This document shows positions 12,343 through 24,999 of a stretch of 64,000 nt of DNA, piece after piece. The translations under genes were made by a program, and so were the position numbers. The notes under the pieces are model-generated. The model ran no database searches. It saw nothing but the letters and a program-made list of their open reading frames with translations, and was not told the origin of the DNA. The stretch's first letter is position 1, and the number at the start of each line of letters is the position of its first letter. Source of the DNA: the human T2T-CHM13v2.0 reference genome, Homo sapiens; NCBI RefSeq assembly GCF_009914755.1, contig NC_060947.1. One strand, 5' to 3'.

Positions 12343-14024
12343 TTAATGATTAAATAATTGAGAAAATGTAATCGGCTACCAATTTTGAATCTAAAATGAA
12401 TTTCACGTGAAGACAAGATTTAAAACTTGCCTACAATTCCATGTTTTCTGACACAAAACTGACAGTAAATGACAGAATATATATTCTTGTTGCTATTTTG
12501 AGGGCTTTTAAAGTACAAAATGAACATGGAATACAACTTAAACATGTATTTTGAATGCCATTAATAAGAATAAAGTCAGGATAAGAATTATAGTAAACCA
12601 TAAATTTCCTAATATTTAGGAACATAAAAGCATTCCCTTTGTTTAGAAAACAGGCTTTTTTTTCCCCCCTTCACAGCTCTAAGAAAAGAAAGAGAGAAAA
12701 ATTGATTAAATACCTTGCTATACCATTCAGAGCCTGTAAAGGCCTTTTACGAGGTTTTTATTTTTCTGTTAAATGTTGGTTTCTCTTTTGTCCAAGAATA
12801 GCTATATGGTCACGTGTTGGATAATGTTTGAAACAGAAAAATGTGATAGAGCTTCTTTTAATATCTGTTTCTACTTTACTTCAAAGGATGATCATAGAAA
12901 GATTTCTTTGAAGTGTTGTTTCCAAATAAGGAAAACACTTATGCACGGACATTATCAGGTCTCTGTCATCTGATATGTGTTGGAACAATGAATCATATAG
13001 AACCCTCCATTGACCTTCTTTCAATGTGTCTAGATAAAAGGATGAAAATTAGAATCCATCTCCTTGCAGTGCCACAAGTTATAAATGTACTTTATAGGGC
13101 TCATTATCCAAACTAATGGACTAAGGGCAACATCCTTGAAATGGACTTACCAGCATTGACAAAGCCAGTATGCAATATTTCAGGAACTATATGCAAATGA
13201 CTGTGTGTTTGCTATATCTTTTGATTATGGAAATATCAATTTATTTGTGTCACAGCTTCTCCTTTGGGGAACAGAATTATTTTATTAGAAATGAACTTAT
13301 GTGTTGCCCCTCATAAGATGCAAGCAAATTAATTCCAAAAGCATACTGTAAAATATACTGGTATAAGTTAAAATCTGTTCATTCACTTTAAAAATAAGCC
13401 ATATAAGTGATATTTTCCAGGAATAAAGGCATTAAAAATAAAATGACTAACACTCAAGACCAATAGTGAGAGGAATTTAATTTGTATTTCCTAAAGGCAG
13501 ATTATAATATGCTGGTATTTTTTAATAAATGGCATCCCACTGTTGTAAGGATAGTCTATGATGTCTAGTGATGTTACATGTACATAATAGATATTTTAAC
13601 CAATTAACCACCTTTTAATATAACATTTGTAATATTACGTTAATATTTACATGATTTTTTTCCATCTCATCTCCACCTTCTTTCTCTTCTACACTTCTGT
13701 TTCTATACATACCTCCTCATATTTCATTGAACTAGAGCTCTTGCCTTATAAAATACTTAAGAAAATAGATCTGAAGTATTTACATCTGATATTCTCCAAA
13801 ATAATGTTTTAAAAACTGAAAATATAAGTAATTCACTCAGTCTTCTATTTTAAAACACTCATATACCATTTGAAACACAAAGTGCTTCAGGCAATTGAGA
13901 AGAGAAATCTGCTGTCATTAAACATCAATCTCTATTTGTCCTGTAAGCACTGACAAATCTTTTTCTTACCTTTAATTCAGAGACTATGTAAAGTCAAGAG
14001 GAAATAACTGGGCAGAAAAAAGGG

Positions 14025-14415
14025 GTTGTTAAATTTCTATATCTTGATAGGGGCTTAGGTTATACAGATTTATCATTTGTTAAAACTCAGTTAAGAAGCA
14101 CTTAAGATTTGGACCCTTCACTGTATATAAATTTACATCAAAAGAAAAACACTTAACAAATATTGAGCTCCAGGTAATAATATGCAAGCTGGAAGTATTT
14201 AGGGGAAATTTTACTGACATCTGCAATTCACAGTCAAATGCATTAAAAAGATGACTCGATACATGGATAGAGGGGTTAATATTTGGGTAGACGTGTGACT
14301 GAACAAGTTTATTAAAATGTTATAGAATCCAGGAGGTGGATATACAGGTGTTCTCTTGAAATTCCTTCCATGTCAGTATAAGTTTGAAAATGTTCATCAT
14401 AAAATGTTAAAATAA
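14025..14415 (+). mobile_element. Ancient L1 3'UTR (L1MC/L1ME-like)
   Basis: ttctatatcttgatagggg...gtttgaaaatgttcatcataaaatgtt pattern. Confidence 0.65.
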
Positions 14416-14724
14416 AACTGGGGGAGGGGGTCAGTGTTAATATAAATCTCAGACCTGAGTGTAAGTCTTTAAAAAGGGTTCCCATTTAAACTGTATTATT
14501 AAACCTGGCCCTCAAGCTTTGTAGGCTTCTAAACATGAACGAGGTTGTTTTGGTGGTAGCCATACCTTTGGTGACAGACATTTGTTTCAAAAGTTATGAT
14601 ATTAGAAAGAACTAATGGAGATCACTCAAAAGGCAAGTATGGGGGTTTGGGAGTTAGGGAGCTCAACCATACCAGGAGAAGATACTAATACATGTGCCTA
14701 TTTATGCTGATGCTTCTAAAGAAA

Positions 14725-14910
14725 CGGTGATTCTCAGAGCAGGAGGAGGAAAAGGAAGCAAATCAGAATCACACCTGGGGGACTTTTTGAAATTATAAAG
14801 TACCCCTGGAGATTCTGATAAGCTCCCAAATCCCAGGAAAAAAATCACTGTCAAGCGTGCCACTGCTACTGTTGTATCTCTTATGTTGTGCTAGGTGGAG
14901 AAAAATCAAG
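14725..14910. mobile_element. Degenerate MER5A-like hAT element hosting MIR361
   Basis: Decayed termini cggtgattctcag ... ggagaaaaatca and the MER5 core atcagaatcacacctgg. Confidence 0.55.
14755..14826 (-). ncRNA. MIR361: pre-miR-361 hairpin (5p arm 14800-14821, 3p arm 14760-14782), intronic and co-oriented with CHM
   Basis: Minus strand contains TTATCAGAATCTCCAGGGGTAC and TCCCCCAGGTGTGATTCTGATTT, the miR-361-5p and -3p sequences as I recall them; the two arms are complementary around a short loop. Confidence 0.95.
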
Positions 14911-16007
14911 GGCTATTGGTACAGATAAAATATTTGTTTCTGCAGAAATTGAGGTGATGGTCACATATGCCCAAGTCTCAGTCTGGTAGATGATAATAAC
15001 ATGACTCACCTGATAATATCACGCTGAAGTACTAAGACTCTAGGCTTAAGCAAAACTGCTCAAATCAAGACATGTTTAAGCAAGTGATAAGATATGTTTT
15101 CCTCTCAGACATTTAACTTACTGTCATATATTCAGCATAATTGGGAAAACAATGAATAAAAAAACATTGATTTTAGATCTAAATTTAGTCTTTGTATTAT
15201 AAAGATTCATATAAAAAATTAGATGACATTTAATTAACAGAAAGCAGCAAAATAAACAGTGCTGCCAGAGTCATGAAAATACCCCTCCCACATAAACCTG
15301 AGGAAGGCAGGAAAGATTAAACCACGTAAGATTTAGTTGAGGGCCTTGCTGAGCCTCATAAATAGTAACTTGAGGAGGAACGTAACAGGTGTCTCCAGTT
15401 ACAGGGACACAATGACCAAGCTGACCATACAAAACACTCAAGCCAGACAGAACATTTCTAGAGCTAAGCTTTCTAAATCAACAAATCACAAGTTATTCAG
15501 TTATTGGTTCAACGATATAAGTGTGTAGATAGCAAAATGATGATGAGGAAGAAAATAGTAAGATGAAAACTCAAAATCTGGAATTTGGCCCAGAAGAGGA
15601 AAAATAACACTAAAACAAGTATTCAATCTCTGTGATCTTCAGAATGAATATACCAACTAATTTTATGATAAAGAAAGCAGAAATCACATATGGAATAATT
15701 TAAAGGAAAATGTACTAAGGAAATTAGAAGATTCTCAATCACTGAAGAAAACAAAATAATTTTCCCTAGTCACTATGCCCTTCTGAGCTTTCTCAAACAC
15801 ATTAGTTCAAATGCTACCTCATCCATAAAACCATTTCAAATGCTTCCCACTCATTTTTCTTGGGTGAAAAACACTCTACTAGTTCTAAACACCATTAGCA
15901 GGCAAATAACTTCAAATCTATAGTTTTAGGCTCTGACTTCTGTTAAGTTCTGTATCCATATTTGTAATTGTCTATTATCTACTACTTTCTGGATAGACTC
16001 CAAGCTC

Positions 16008-16208
16008 CCTTTTAATAAATACTTAATTGAAAAACAAAAATTGTATATAGTCAATGTGTATAATGTAATGACTTGATATACACTGTGTAATGATTACCAC
16101 AAATGAATTAACACATCTATTGCCACCCATCATTACCATCTGTGGGTGTCATGAGGAACTTAATACCTGCTCTTACCAAATCTCAAGGAAATAATATAGT
16201 ATTATTAG
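16008..16208 (-). mobile_element. L1MA-type 3'-end fragment
   Basis: aattgtatatagtcaatgtgtataatgtaatg...attaacacatctattgccac resembles a reverse-complemented L1MA tail. Confidence 0.65.
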
Positions 16209-16474
16209 CCAAGCATTTTTTAAAACTAGCATGCTGCAAACTGAGTTTATCATGGCTCCTCACCTGCTCCCACTCCCTTGGAATCCCTATGTCAGGCAAT
16301 GGCATAATCAGCAGTTTTCCTACCTCAAATCTCTTTTTATATCTAGTCTGCTATAACATTTTGATTCCGCTTTATAAATACTTCCTGAAACTAGCCTCTT
16401 CTCTCCGTCTCCACTGATACTGCCTTAGACTCTTACAATGTCTAATATGATAATGACCTGCTAGCAAATTGGTA

Positions 16475-17060
16475 GTTCATTTGTTCAACATAAATGTATA
16501 GCATAACAACCATGTGCCAAGCACTGTTCTAAGAGGTAAGAATAAAAATGTTTTGCCCTAAAGGACAAGATTCAGACAGAGACAATTTTTGAAGATTCAG
16601 GCAGAGACAATTTTAAGACAATAGCAAAGTCCAGTGATAAAAGATAAGGATAGGGAATTACACAGTACTAGAAGAGGTACCTAACTCATCTTATGGTGGA
16701 GGGGTGGAGTATCAGGGAATGCTCTTTGGAGGAAGTGACACATTTGTTGCTTTTAAAGGATAACATACAGTTAAGCAAGCAAATAAGGATACAGTTATCT
16801 CAGGTAGAAGGGCAGAATTTGCGGGGTTACAAAGGCAAGTAAGAGAACAGCAGGTACAGAGACCCATGAACAGATCAGTATTATGTGACAATAAAATGAA
16901 AAGCAAGTAGGGAAGAGAGATGAGCCTAGACAGGGAGACAGAGGCCAGATTACAGAGTCTCACCCGTCATATGTCATGTAAAAAGGTCTTACACTTTATT
17001 CTGAGATTATATAAAGGCACTGAAGCTTTTTAAATAAGGAGGGGGCCAGATCTGCATACC
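16475..17060 (-). mobile_element. L2 fragment
   Basis: ttcatttgttcaacataaat...catgtgccaagcactgttctaag L2 tail in antisense followed by L2 body. Confidence 0.65.
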
Positions 17061-17494
17061 GAACAGATCTCAATGTGCAATTATCTTATAAATTTAGTTG
17101 TTCTGTAATGTCCCCCAGTAGACTGTAAGTTCCTTAGAACAAAGACCCTGATTGTCTTATTCTCTGCTGTATCCCCAGTGCCTGGCAAAAAGAAAACAAA
17201 TAATACTTGTTGCATGGATGGGTGAATGGATGGATGGTTAATGAAGTATTCCGTACTTTGTGAATAGTGTAGAGACAGGAAAAAAACGATACAGAATCTC
17301 TGATTTAGGAGGAAAAGAATCACTTTCCATCACAGTGCTTCTTCCAAATCATTGCCAGAATTACTAACTTAAAGTAGCAAATTTAATCTTGTTACCTCTG
17401 ATTATAGTCCAAATTCCTTATTAGCATAGCACAGAAGAATCTTCACAATAGGTCTCCCCCACCACTGGATTCCAAGGTCTCCAATTATATTAAT

Positions 17495-17730
17495 AGTTAT
17501 TGTTAGCTAACATAGCTAGCACTTACAATGTGTAACAAATGGTTCTACAAGTTTTGTCTATTTAGTTAATACTTATAATAACCCTATGAAGTAGGTGTAG
17601 TCAATTGTCCAAGTTTCTAGATAAAGAAACTGGGTCACAGAGAGTTAAACAATTGCTCAAGTACACACAGCTAGTGACAAAGTCAGGATCCAAATCCAAT
17701 CTATCTAACTTTAGAGCTGTACTCTTTACT
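17495..17730 (-). mobile_element. MIR SINE
   Basis: taaccctatgaagtaggt...gataaagaaactgggtcacagagagttaaacaattgctcaag core. Confidence 0.75.
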
Positions 17731-17970
17731 GAAGTCTCCTTGTATACAAGGGCAAGGTCCATGTTTCATTCACTTCTTTATCCCCATAACAACTAGCACG
17801 GGGGTTGGCAGACGTTAAGTATCCAGAATATGACCACTACCATTTTGCAAGCAGGCCATGCTAAAATCAGTGCTTCAGCAATGACAAATGGTATTAACAG
17901 TCAGTCACCTCAAACTTGGTCTCACATTCTATTCATTACTAACTTCCAAGTATCTAGAAAAGGCATAGAC

Positions 17971-18274
<304 letters not shown>

Positions 18275-20486
18275 TCAGAAAAATATATCTGACATCAGAA
18301 AATATATATTCCTGACATCAGAAAAATATATTCCTGACATCAAGAAAGAGTCATAGTAGGAAAGCTGGTAAGTGAGACAGGTGAAGTACACAGGAAACAG
18401 CAGCTGAAGTAATTAATTACAACTATTGGTTATAGATGTATCTGGTCCTAGTCCAAGGTCATCTCTACCCTACCAATATATCAAATACTATACTACTAAA
18501 TGGCCAGATCTAATTTACCGGAGTTTTACCTGGTCAGCATAGCTGCAAAGGAAAAGAAAACTGTTCAACTAGAACATTCAGTTTTTCTAAAAACAGTCAA
18601 CGGAAGCATGCAGTATTAGAATTTAGTGAAAAGGTTTAGAAAAGAACCACTGATGCATACCTACATCCTCTCAAATAAGAAAGCAGAACCAATCAAACAA
18701 AAATGAAAAATAAAACCTGGCTGAAAATAGGTATGCATTTGGTTACATATTCCATATACCATGATTTAGTGTGCCTCCTCAATGCCCTATTTCTTCGGTC
18801 AAAGTTTGTACAGTGTTTTGATGTATAATCACCACATTAAACTCAATGCTATGATCCCTTATGCCTCTCTCAGTTTTCCTAAATGGAGAGTGCAAAGAAA
18901 AGCACAAAAAGGGTTATAGCCAGTCTTTAATCTTTAATCATTTATTTAACTCAAAGTTATTCAGTATAATGGCTACTAGGAACCTGCCTTGGTTCTGGAG
19001 ATACAACAGTGAGATCCTGCCTTTTCTTATAGAGAACTTATAAAATGATCATACGAGGGGATGTGACAGTGGGGAGTGGAGACTGACAGAGGGTTCTGAT
19101 GTAGTCTGTGGGATCACAGAATAAACTCAGAACTTTGACTCAAAGTATAAGTAGTTCTTAACTGTCCTAAAGAGGAGAGAGGATGTCAAGTGTTCCATAT
19201 AGAAAACTAGGAAAAGAAAGGCAAACTGAAACCATAAGGAGACAAATGCAAATCTTTGCAGATTCCTTAGTGAGTACCCTAATTATACTTAGAACATAAC
19301 AATTGTTTAAGCCAGCCTTGAATCCTTAAAAAGAAATGTATGTTGGATTTGCCTAATACAATGTCAAGGTTTTTCCCTCAAAAAACTATCCCTCACTTTA
19401 TGTTCAAGTCCTAACAAAATATCTCCTATTACTGGTTATCTCTCTTGTATGTTTGATTTTGAATGGCAAAGCTGTGTTTGGTAAAGATACGCTGACCTGA
19501 GCCAACTTCAGTCAATGCTAGCTTTTATTTATAGAGACTATTTGACTTGCTAGTTTAAAGAGGAAAAATTTAATATAAATATGGTAATTATTACTGAAGG
19601 TATAAATATGAACTTATACTTTTCAAGTATTGCTTGAGTCTTAAAACTTTTAAAGATCACTTAAGCAATTTAGTATAGTGAGAATATTGTAGATGACAGT
19701 AGTACTATGATTACAGGTCAAGTTTTAAAAACTGGCAAGTTACAGAAATAAATAATTATAGCTTAGAATAAATTTTCCAGGAAGAGATTCATATACAGAA
19801 TCCAAAATCATTGCATTCTGAAAAAACAAGATGGACAAGAAGATGATGTTCACTGGAAAACTGGGGTTCTAGTAATATAACAATATAATTAATAGCACAA
19901 GAAGACTGTGTGCTATTTAATTTATATTCATAAAAGCAGGCACATCCAAGTTGTTCAACTTCTTTAAATTTCTCACTGGGACTGAAGATGATGCATTATG
20001 TGAGAATGGCTTACATTTGAGCATATAAAATACTTTAAGATAATTTATTTCTAAATAAGGAAAAGCCAAGTACTTTCTAAGAACATTACCAAAGAACTAT
20101 CTAAGAACTCAACCAAGGCATGTCAAATCTAGAAAGATATCCAGAGATTACTGCAGAGTCCATGTCATTCATCTTACAGATAAAGGATCCGGTCCAGAGG
20201 AAAGGATTTGCCCACTGTCATTCATGGCACTAGTGGAAATCCAAGTCTCCTCTCATTCAAGGGCTACACAACCTTTACTCATGCCTTAGAAGTTACAAAA
20301 CAAGACATGTCTTTCTATGAAGATATTCTTAGAAGCAGTCTGTCTGCTATTTAAAATTCACATTTGATTGTTGGTATATCTGGCAGTTTCATATTGATAC
20401 GGCCTTAGACTGAATTAAGACCTAGAGCCCCCAGTTTGTGATGGAACACAGTACCCTTTACTAAACCCTCAATTTTACCTTACAGA

Positions 20487-20673
20487 TCAGTGTTATCTAA
20501 TCTAAGGACTTCCTATACTAGATTCACTTGGGGTTTTCTTTAAAACTGCAAATTACTGCATTCCCCCTAAGCATATTAACCAATTTCACTTTCTGAGGGT
20601 GAAGAACAGAAATCTGCATTTTTGCCAAGATTACCTGGTAATTTTTGGGCACATTAAAGTTTGAAAACCACCA
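20487..20673. mobile_element. MER5-family DNA transposon fossil
   Basis: cagtgttatct...gaaatctgcattttt...aaagtttgaaaaccac. Confidence 0.65.
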
Positions 20674-22231
20674 ATCTAGAGATTCATTTGGTCTCTAGAC
20701 CATTAGCTTTCAGCTATCTGTTGCAACTGGAATCTGTACCAGATCATAAAAAAGAGCTCCTCTGTTTAGAGCATGTCATAAAAACTAAGTCAAAGGTAAG
20801 GAAAAGGTAGCCTTTAGTTCAACAAAGGCAATTACTATACTAGCATACCTTTAAAAAACAAACAAACAAACAAACATGAGCTATGCAAATTATTCATGTC
20901 ACATGGGACTGAAATGGGACCCCAAGGGTAAAAGAATCTAAGCAAATAAACACCAAATAAGCAATTCATTATCTGGCTTTCTGTCATGGGAACATACTCT
21001 TGTAGCAAAATGAATGCACAAAGAAAAATGATTCTAGAAGTCTAAAGACAACTATTCCTTAACTTCAACAGAGTTCTTCATGAATCAAGATGTTAACATC
21101 CTGGGCCTTTAGGGATTAATTTTTCTCTGCAAACTATCATGTTTCATTTTGTACTATCCTTCTATAAAAGTGCTAAAGGTACTTTACAAGCCGTTTAAAA
21201 TACGTATCAATGTTATCTTATACTACAGAATTACTCTTCTAAAGCAAATTTACTATCTAAGCATTACATATTTCCAGAGTTGAGGATTTTCTTCACCATA
21301 ATTCAAAATACTAGTTTTTTCACTACAACTAGTCTATAAGAAGTTAATAGACATTGTATGCCACTTAAACGATACAAAACTTTTGTAAAATGAAAGAAAC
21401 AGCTTAAAATTTATATTATTTAAGCTTCCAGTTCAAATATTAAAATGTTTTATAACCTCAAAAATACTATTTAACTATATACTCCTAAAAACAATCATCT
21501 AAGAAATACAGGTCAGTAGATTGTTGAGAACATGTAAAAAAAAGAAAAACACATTGCAATTTAGATAGTTTCTAAAACTGGATCTAAAATATTTAAGTTT
21601 CAGTGTAGAAGGCAGAAATCAAAGAATATTTTATCCAGTCTAATTCAGACCAGTGATTATAACTGAAATATAAAATACACAGTAAACAGATGGTGTTCAG
21701 CTCTTTTAAAGAAAAGGTAAATTCTTATTTCAATCCTAAAGCAGCCTATAGGCCTGATACTATTGTAAAAAATTTATCCTTAGATAAGAGGGCAGCATGG
21801 TTTATGACAACAATCTACCTAAAAACTCATTAAAGTCTTTTCTCTTGGAGTGACATGCATTATCAGCAGAGATTAATCTGATGAGTCTTTAGGTGAATTC
21901 CATTTTTAAAAATGCAATAACAGAGGGCTTTGTTGTCATCTGATGAAAATCAATTAGAGGAGGTAAGGCCACAAGGAAAACTAACATCACTCATCACCCA
22001 CCCCCTGGCAGCTGAAATGATTTGTCTTCCAAGCTTGGATGACCAGGAGCTATAGGCATATTGCAGGGAAATTAATTTAGTTTCTATATTCTGAACTCAC
22101 TATTCTTGTTCTGGAGGACCTAAACACAAATTACTTTTAATCAAGGTTGATATGTTATTAATACCAAGGAGGATCTTTGAAGAATCTTTTTCTTAAAACT
22201 GACTTCAGCATTTTTCACTTGTGTTTGGGAT

Positions 22232-22242
22232 ATGTGTGTGTG

Positions 22243-22273
<31 letters not shown>

Positions 22274-22424
22274 GAATATATATATGAATATATATATGAA
22301 TATATATATGAATATATATATGAATATATATATATGAATATATATATGAATATATATATGAATATATATATGAATATATATATATGAATATATATATATG
22401 AATATATATATATATATATATGAA
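22232..22424. repeat. Compound (TG)n(TA)n plus [GAATATATATAT(AT)] x about 11 VNTR
   Basis: Direct reading; ends about 20 nt from the exon donor at 22444-22445. Confidence 0.97.
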
Positions 22425-22444
22425 GGTTACTTATATCATCCTTA

Positions 22445-22549
<105 letters not shown>

Positions 22550-23915
22550 TTAGGGTAATTGGGTTGAAAATAAAGGTAAAAGTATTTTCTTTTAAGTATT
22601 TTACACTTCATAACTGGTATTACAGAAAAAACATTTTGATAATGTACTATTTTCTCTATCATAGTATTAAAAATCTCTCAGAGGCAAGATTAGTAATATC
22701 TTGACACAGTAGAGGTGTTACTGATAATAATACAATGCTGACACTTAGAACTGTGAGCAAACCAGAAGTGTCCCTAAGCAAGAGCCAATTATCCCCCGAA
22801 AATCAGCTCCTGCCTACCTAAGGTACAAAGAACACAAACAGCTTCAAGAGGTAATGCATGTATGACAAACCCAAGAGAAATCACCATTGAGAAGTGTTAA
22901 AGAGGAATTAAGCAGGGAAGACTCTGGAAAACTCCTAGATATTTTACTTACAATAAATGTAAACAAAATCTCCAGTAGCCAAAACTAAACTGGGAACTGA
23001 AAGCTAGAGCAGTAAACATGAGTAAATGCAGCAGAAGCCCTAGGGAGTGTGTCTATCTCAGTAGTAATCTAAGTGCATAAGTTTTAATGCACACATAAGG
23101 AGAGGAGAGGCCTTAAGATCCAAACAAGGCAGTAAGTAGGAAAGGAGATATTTTCTTATAATATCTGGATTATTAAAGAGCTATGCCTCAGTTAAAGGGT
23201 AACCAAGAAAAGAAATCCACGTACAAAAAGAGGGAGAAAACAAGCAAAAAAAACCCATTTTTCTTTGGGTGGATCCCTGAATGGAGGAAGATTACACTGT
23301 GTATTTATTAATATTATCAGTAGTCTGCCCTCATACATGTTAGGGGTTTGAAATTATACCACTATATGATACAAGAAACTCTTAGCCAATAAAATATAAA
23401 ATATCATGAGAAGTGGTTCTGGGTCAGTGAGTAGACTCCTGGACACTTAGGGGAAGCAATGGCTAAAGCTTTCTGGTGGAATAAGACTAACCAAGGCCAC
23501 ATGAGATTGCCACAGATAGAGTCCCTAGATGATGAGTTTATAATCTAAAATTATACAACACATGAGGAAACACATCTTACTTTGAGTGAGCAGACAAAAG
23601 AAATAGGATTAAACTCCCCAAAATGATATTCGGATGGTATAACTATCTGATTGAGATTATAAAATGGGTATGCTTAGGGTGAATGAATCAAAAACACAGG
23701 AAAATAATAATGGAATGTCCAGAAAGACGACTATGGTAGGCTGAAAAATGCACTCTCCCATTAAGATGCTCACATTTTAATCTCTGGCTCCTGTGAATAT
23801 ATTACCATATCTGGCAAGAAGGACTTTACAGTGGTGATTAATGCACTGATCTTGAGACTGGGAGATTATTCTGGTGGGTGCAACATAATCACAAGTGTCT
23901 TTAAAAGAAAGAAGT

Positions 23916-24522
<607 letters not shown>

Positions 24523-24592
<70 letters not shown>

Positions 24593-24594
24593 AA
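24523..24594 (+). repeat. (GAAA)18 tetranucleotide STR arising from the Alu tail
   Basis: 72 nt of uninterrupted GAAA. Confidence 0.97.
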
Positions 24595-24999
24595 AAAGGA
24601 AAAGGAAAGGAGAAAGGAGACGGGAGAGGAGACTGGAGGACAGGAGGCAGGAAGGCCAAAGTCAAAGAAGATGATGTGAAGACAGGAGTAGACGTCAGAA
24701 TGATCCCACTGTTGGAAGTGGGGCACATGCCAAGGAATGCAGGCAGCTTCTATATGCTAGAAAAGACAAGGAACAGATTCTCCCCTAGTGGCCCGAGAAG
24801 AAATGCAGCCCTGCCAACCAGTTTTAAACTTCTGACCTCCAGGATGGTAAGATAATAAATTTGTGTTGTTATAAGCTACTAAGTTTGTTATGGCACCAAT
24901 AGGAAAGTAATAAAAAGATCCATGAATGTATGGAAATGATGACAGAAGTGGCATTACAAAACAGTGGGGAAAGAATGGAACCTTGAAAAAATGATTTGG

